NCBI GenBank assembly: GCA_965232875.1
Contig: OZ247431.1
Span: 2,102,828 to 2,166,827 of the forward strand
From: Dehalococcoidia bacterium
GTDB taxonomy: Bacteria; Chloroflexota; Dehalococcoidia; Bin125
Length of the DNA: 64,000 nucleotides
Direction: 5' to 3'
Position numbers and translations under genes: made by a program. Shown here piece by piece: positions 63,921 to 64,000 of the stretch. The notes beneath the pieces were generated by a model. That model was not told where the DNA came from. It did no database searches and saw only the letters and a program-made list of their open reading frames with translations. Positions within the stretch are counted from its first letter, which is position 1. Each line of letters begins with the position of its first letter.

Positions 63921-64000
63921 GACAGCAACCTCTTCAGCGCTTCAGTTCCTGAGGGGATTTGCTCATCGATCGCATCGCTGGCATCCCAGCCGAAGCCGAT
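63917..64000 (-). CDS. 3' end of an unidentified CDS whose stop overlaps the P-II start (possibly an ammonium transporter, by context only)
   Basis: Minus-strand translation gives ...IGFGWDASDAIDEQIPSGTEALKRLLS*. The TGA overlaps the ATG of the P-II gene. There is too little sequence to identify it. Confidence 0.3.
   Translation of the reverse strand: MGFGWDASDAIDEQIPSGTEALKRLLS

Overview
This is 64 kb of a high-GC bacterial chromosome. My hand counts of single 60-nt lines give 58-63 % G+C in core genes. There are no rRNA genes, CRISPR arrays, integrases or transposases.

Core content:
- a pyrimidine operon, pyrR-pyrB-pyrC-carA-(GNAT)-carB-pyrK, with a PyrR-type leader
- the glyoxylate shunt genes aceB-aceA
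- rpoD, rnd and a Cys-less rpmJ that the ORF track missed
- accC plus a 71-aa biotinyl protein
- an aapJQMP-type amino-acid ABC transporter
- a P-II protein
- tRNA-Leu(CAA), tRNA-Gln(UUG), tRNA-Asn(GUU) and tRNA-Gly(UCC), plus a degenerate second tRNA-Gly copy

Catabolic paralogs are abundant: two family-III CoA-transferases, three crotonases, two LLM/F420-type oxidoreductases, an amidohydrolase, an SDR, two APH-like kinases and a carboxylesterase. Several lipoproteins carry long Q/E/D-rich tethers. Together this suggests a Chloroflexota (SAR202-like) or similar monoderm heterotroph, which is inference only.

Accessory content:
- Six toxin-antitoxin-type loci: a partial DUF433/HTH gene, Phd-VapC, DUF433 with a truncated DUF5615, HicAB inserted antisense inside the aap operon, a HicA plus three HicB array, and a BrnT/BrnA-like pair.
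- A low-GC islet between tRNA-Gln and tRNA-Asn. It carries a 574-aa protein with a Toprim (OLD/RloB-like) C-terminal domain and an unknown N-terminus, followed by HicA/HicB modules delimited by three direct copies of the 3' half of tRNA-Asn. This is my best candidate for an undescribed system.
- A translationally coupled pair of an unknown protein and a DUF1828-like protein.
- Two large paralogous secreted HExxH(+E) proteins, one sitting where pyrD would be expected.
- Four families of intergenic repeats, including a dispersed 0.3-0.7 kb low-GC element with phased 10-bp tandem motifs.

All functional calls come from reading the translated ORFs and recalling family motifs. No database search was run.
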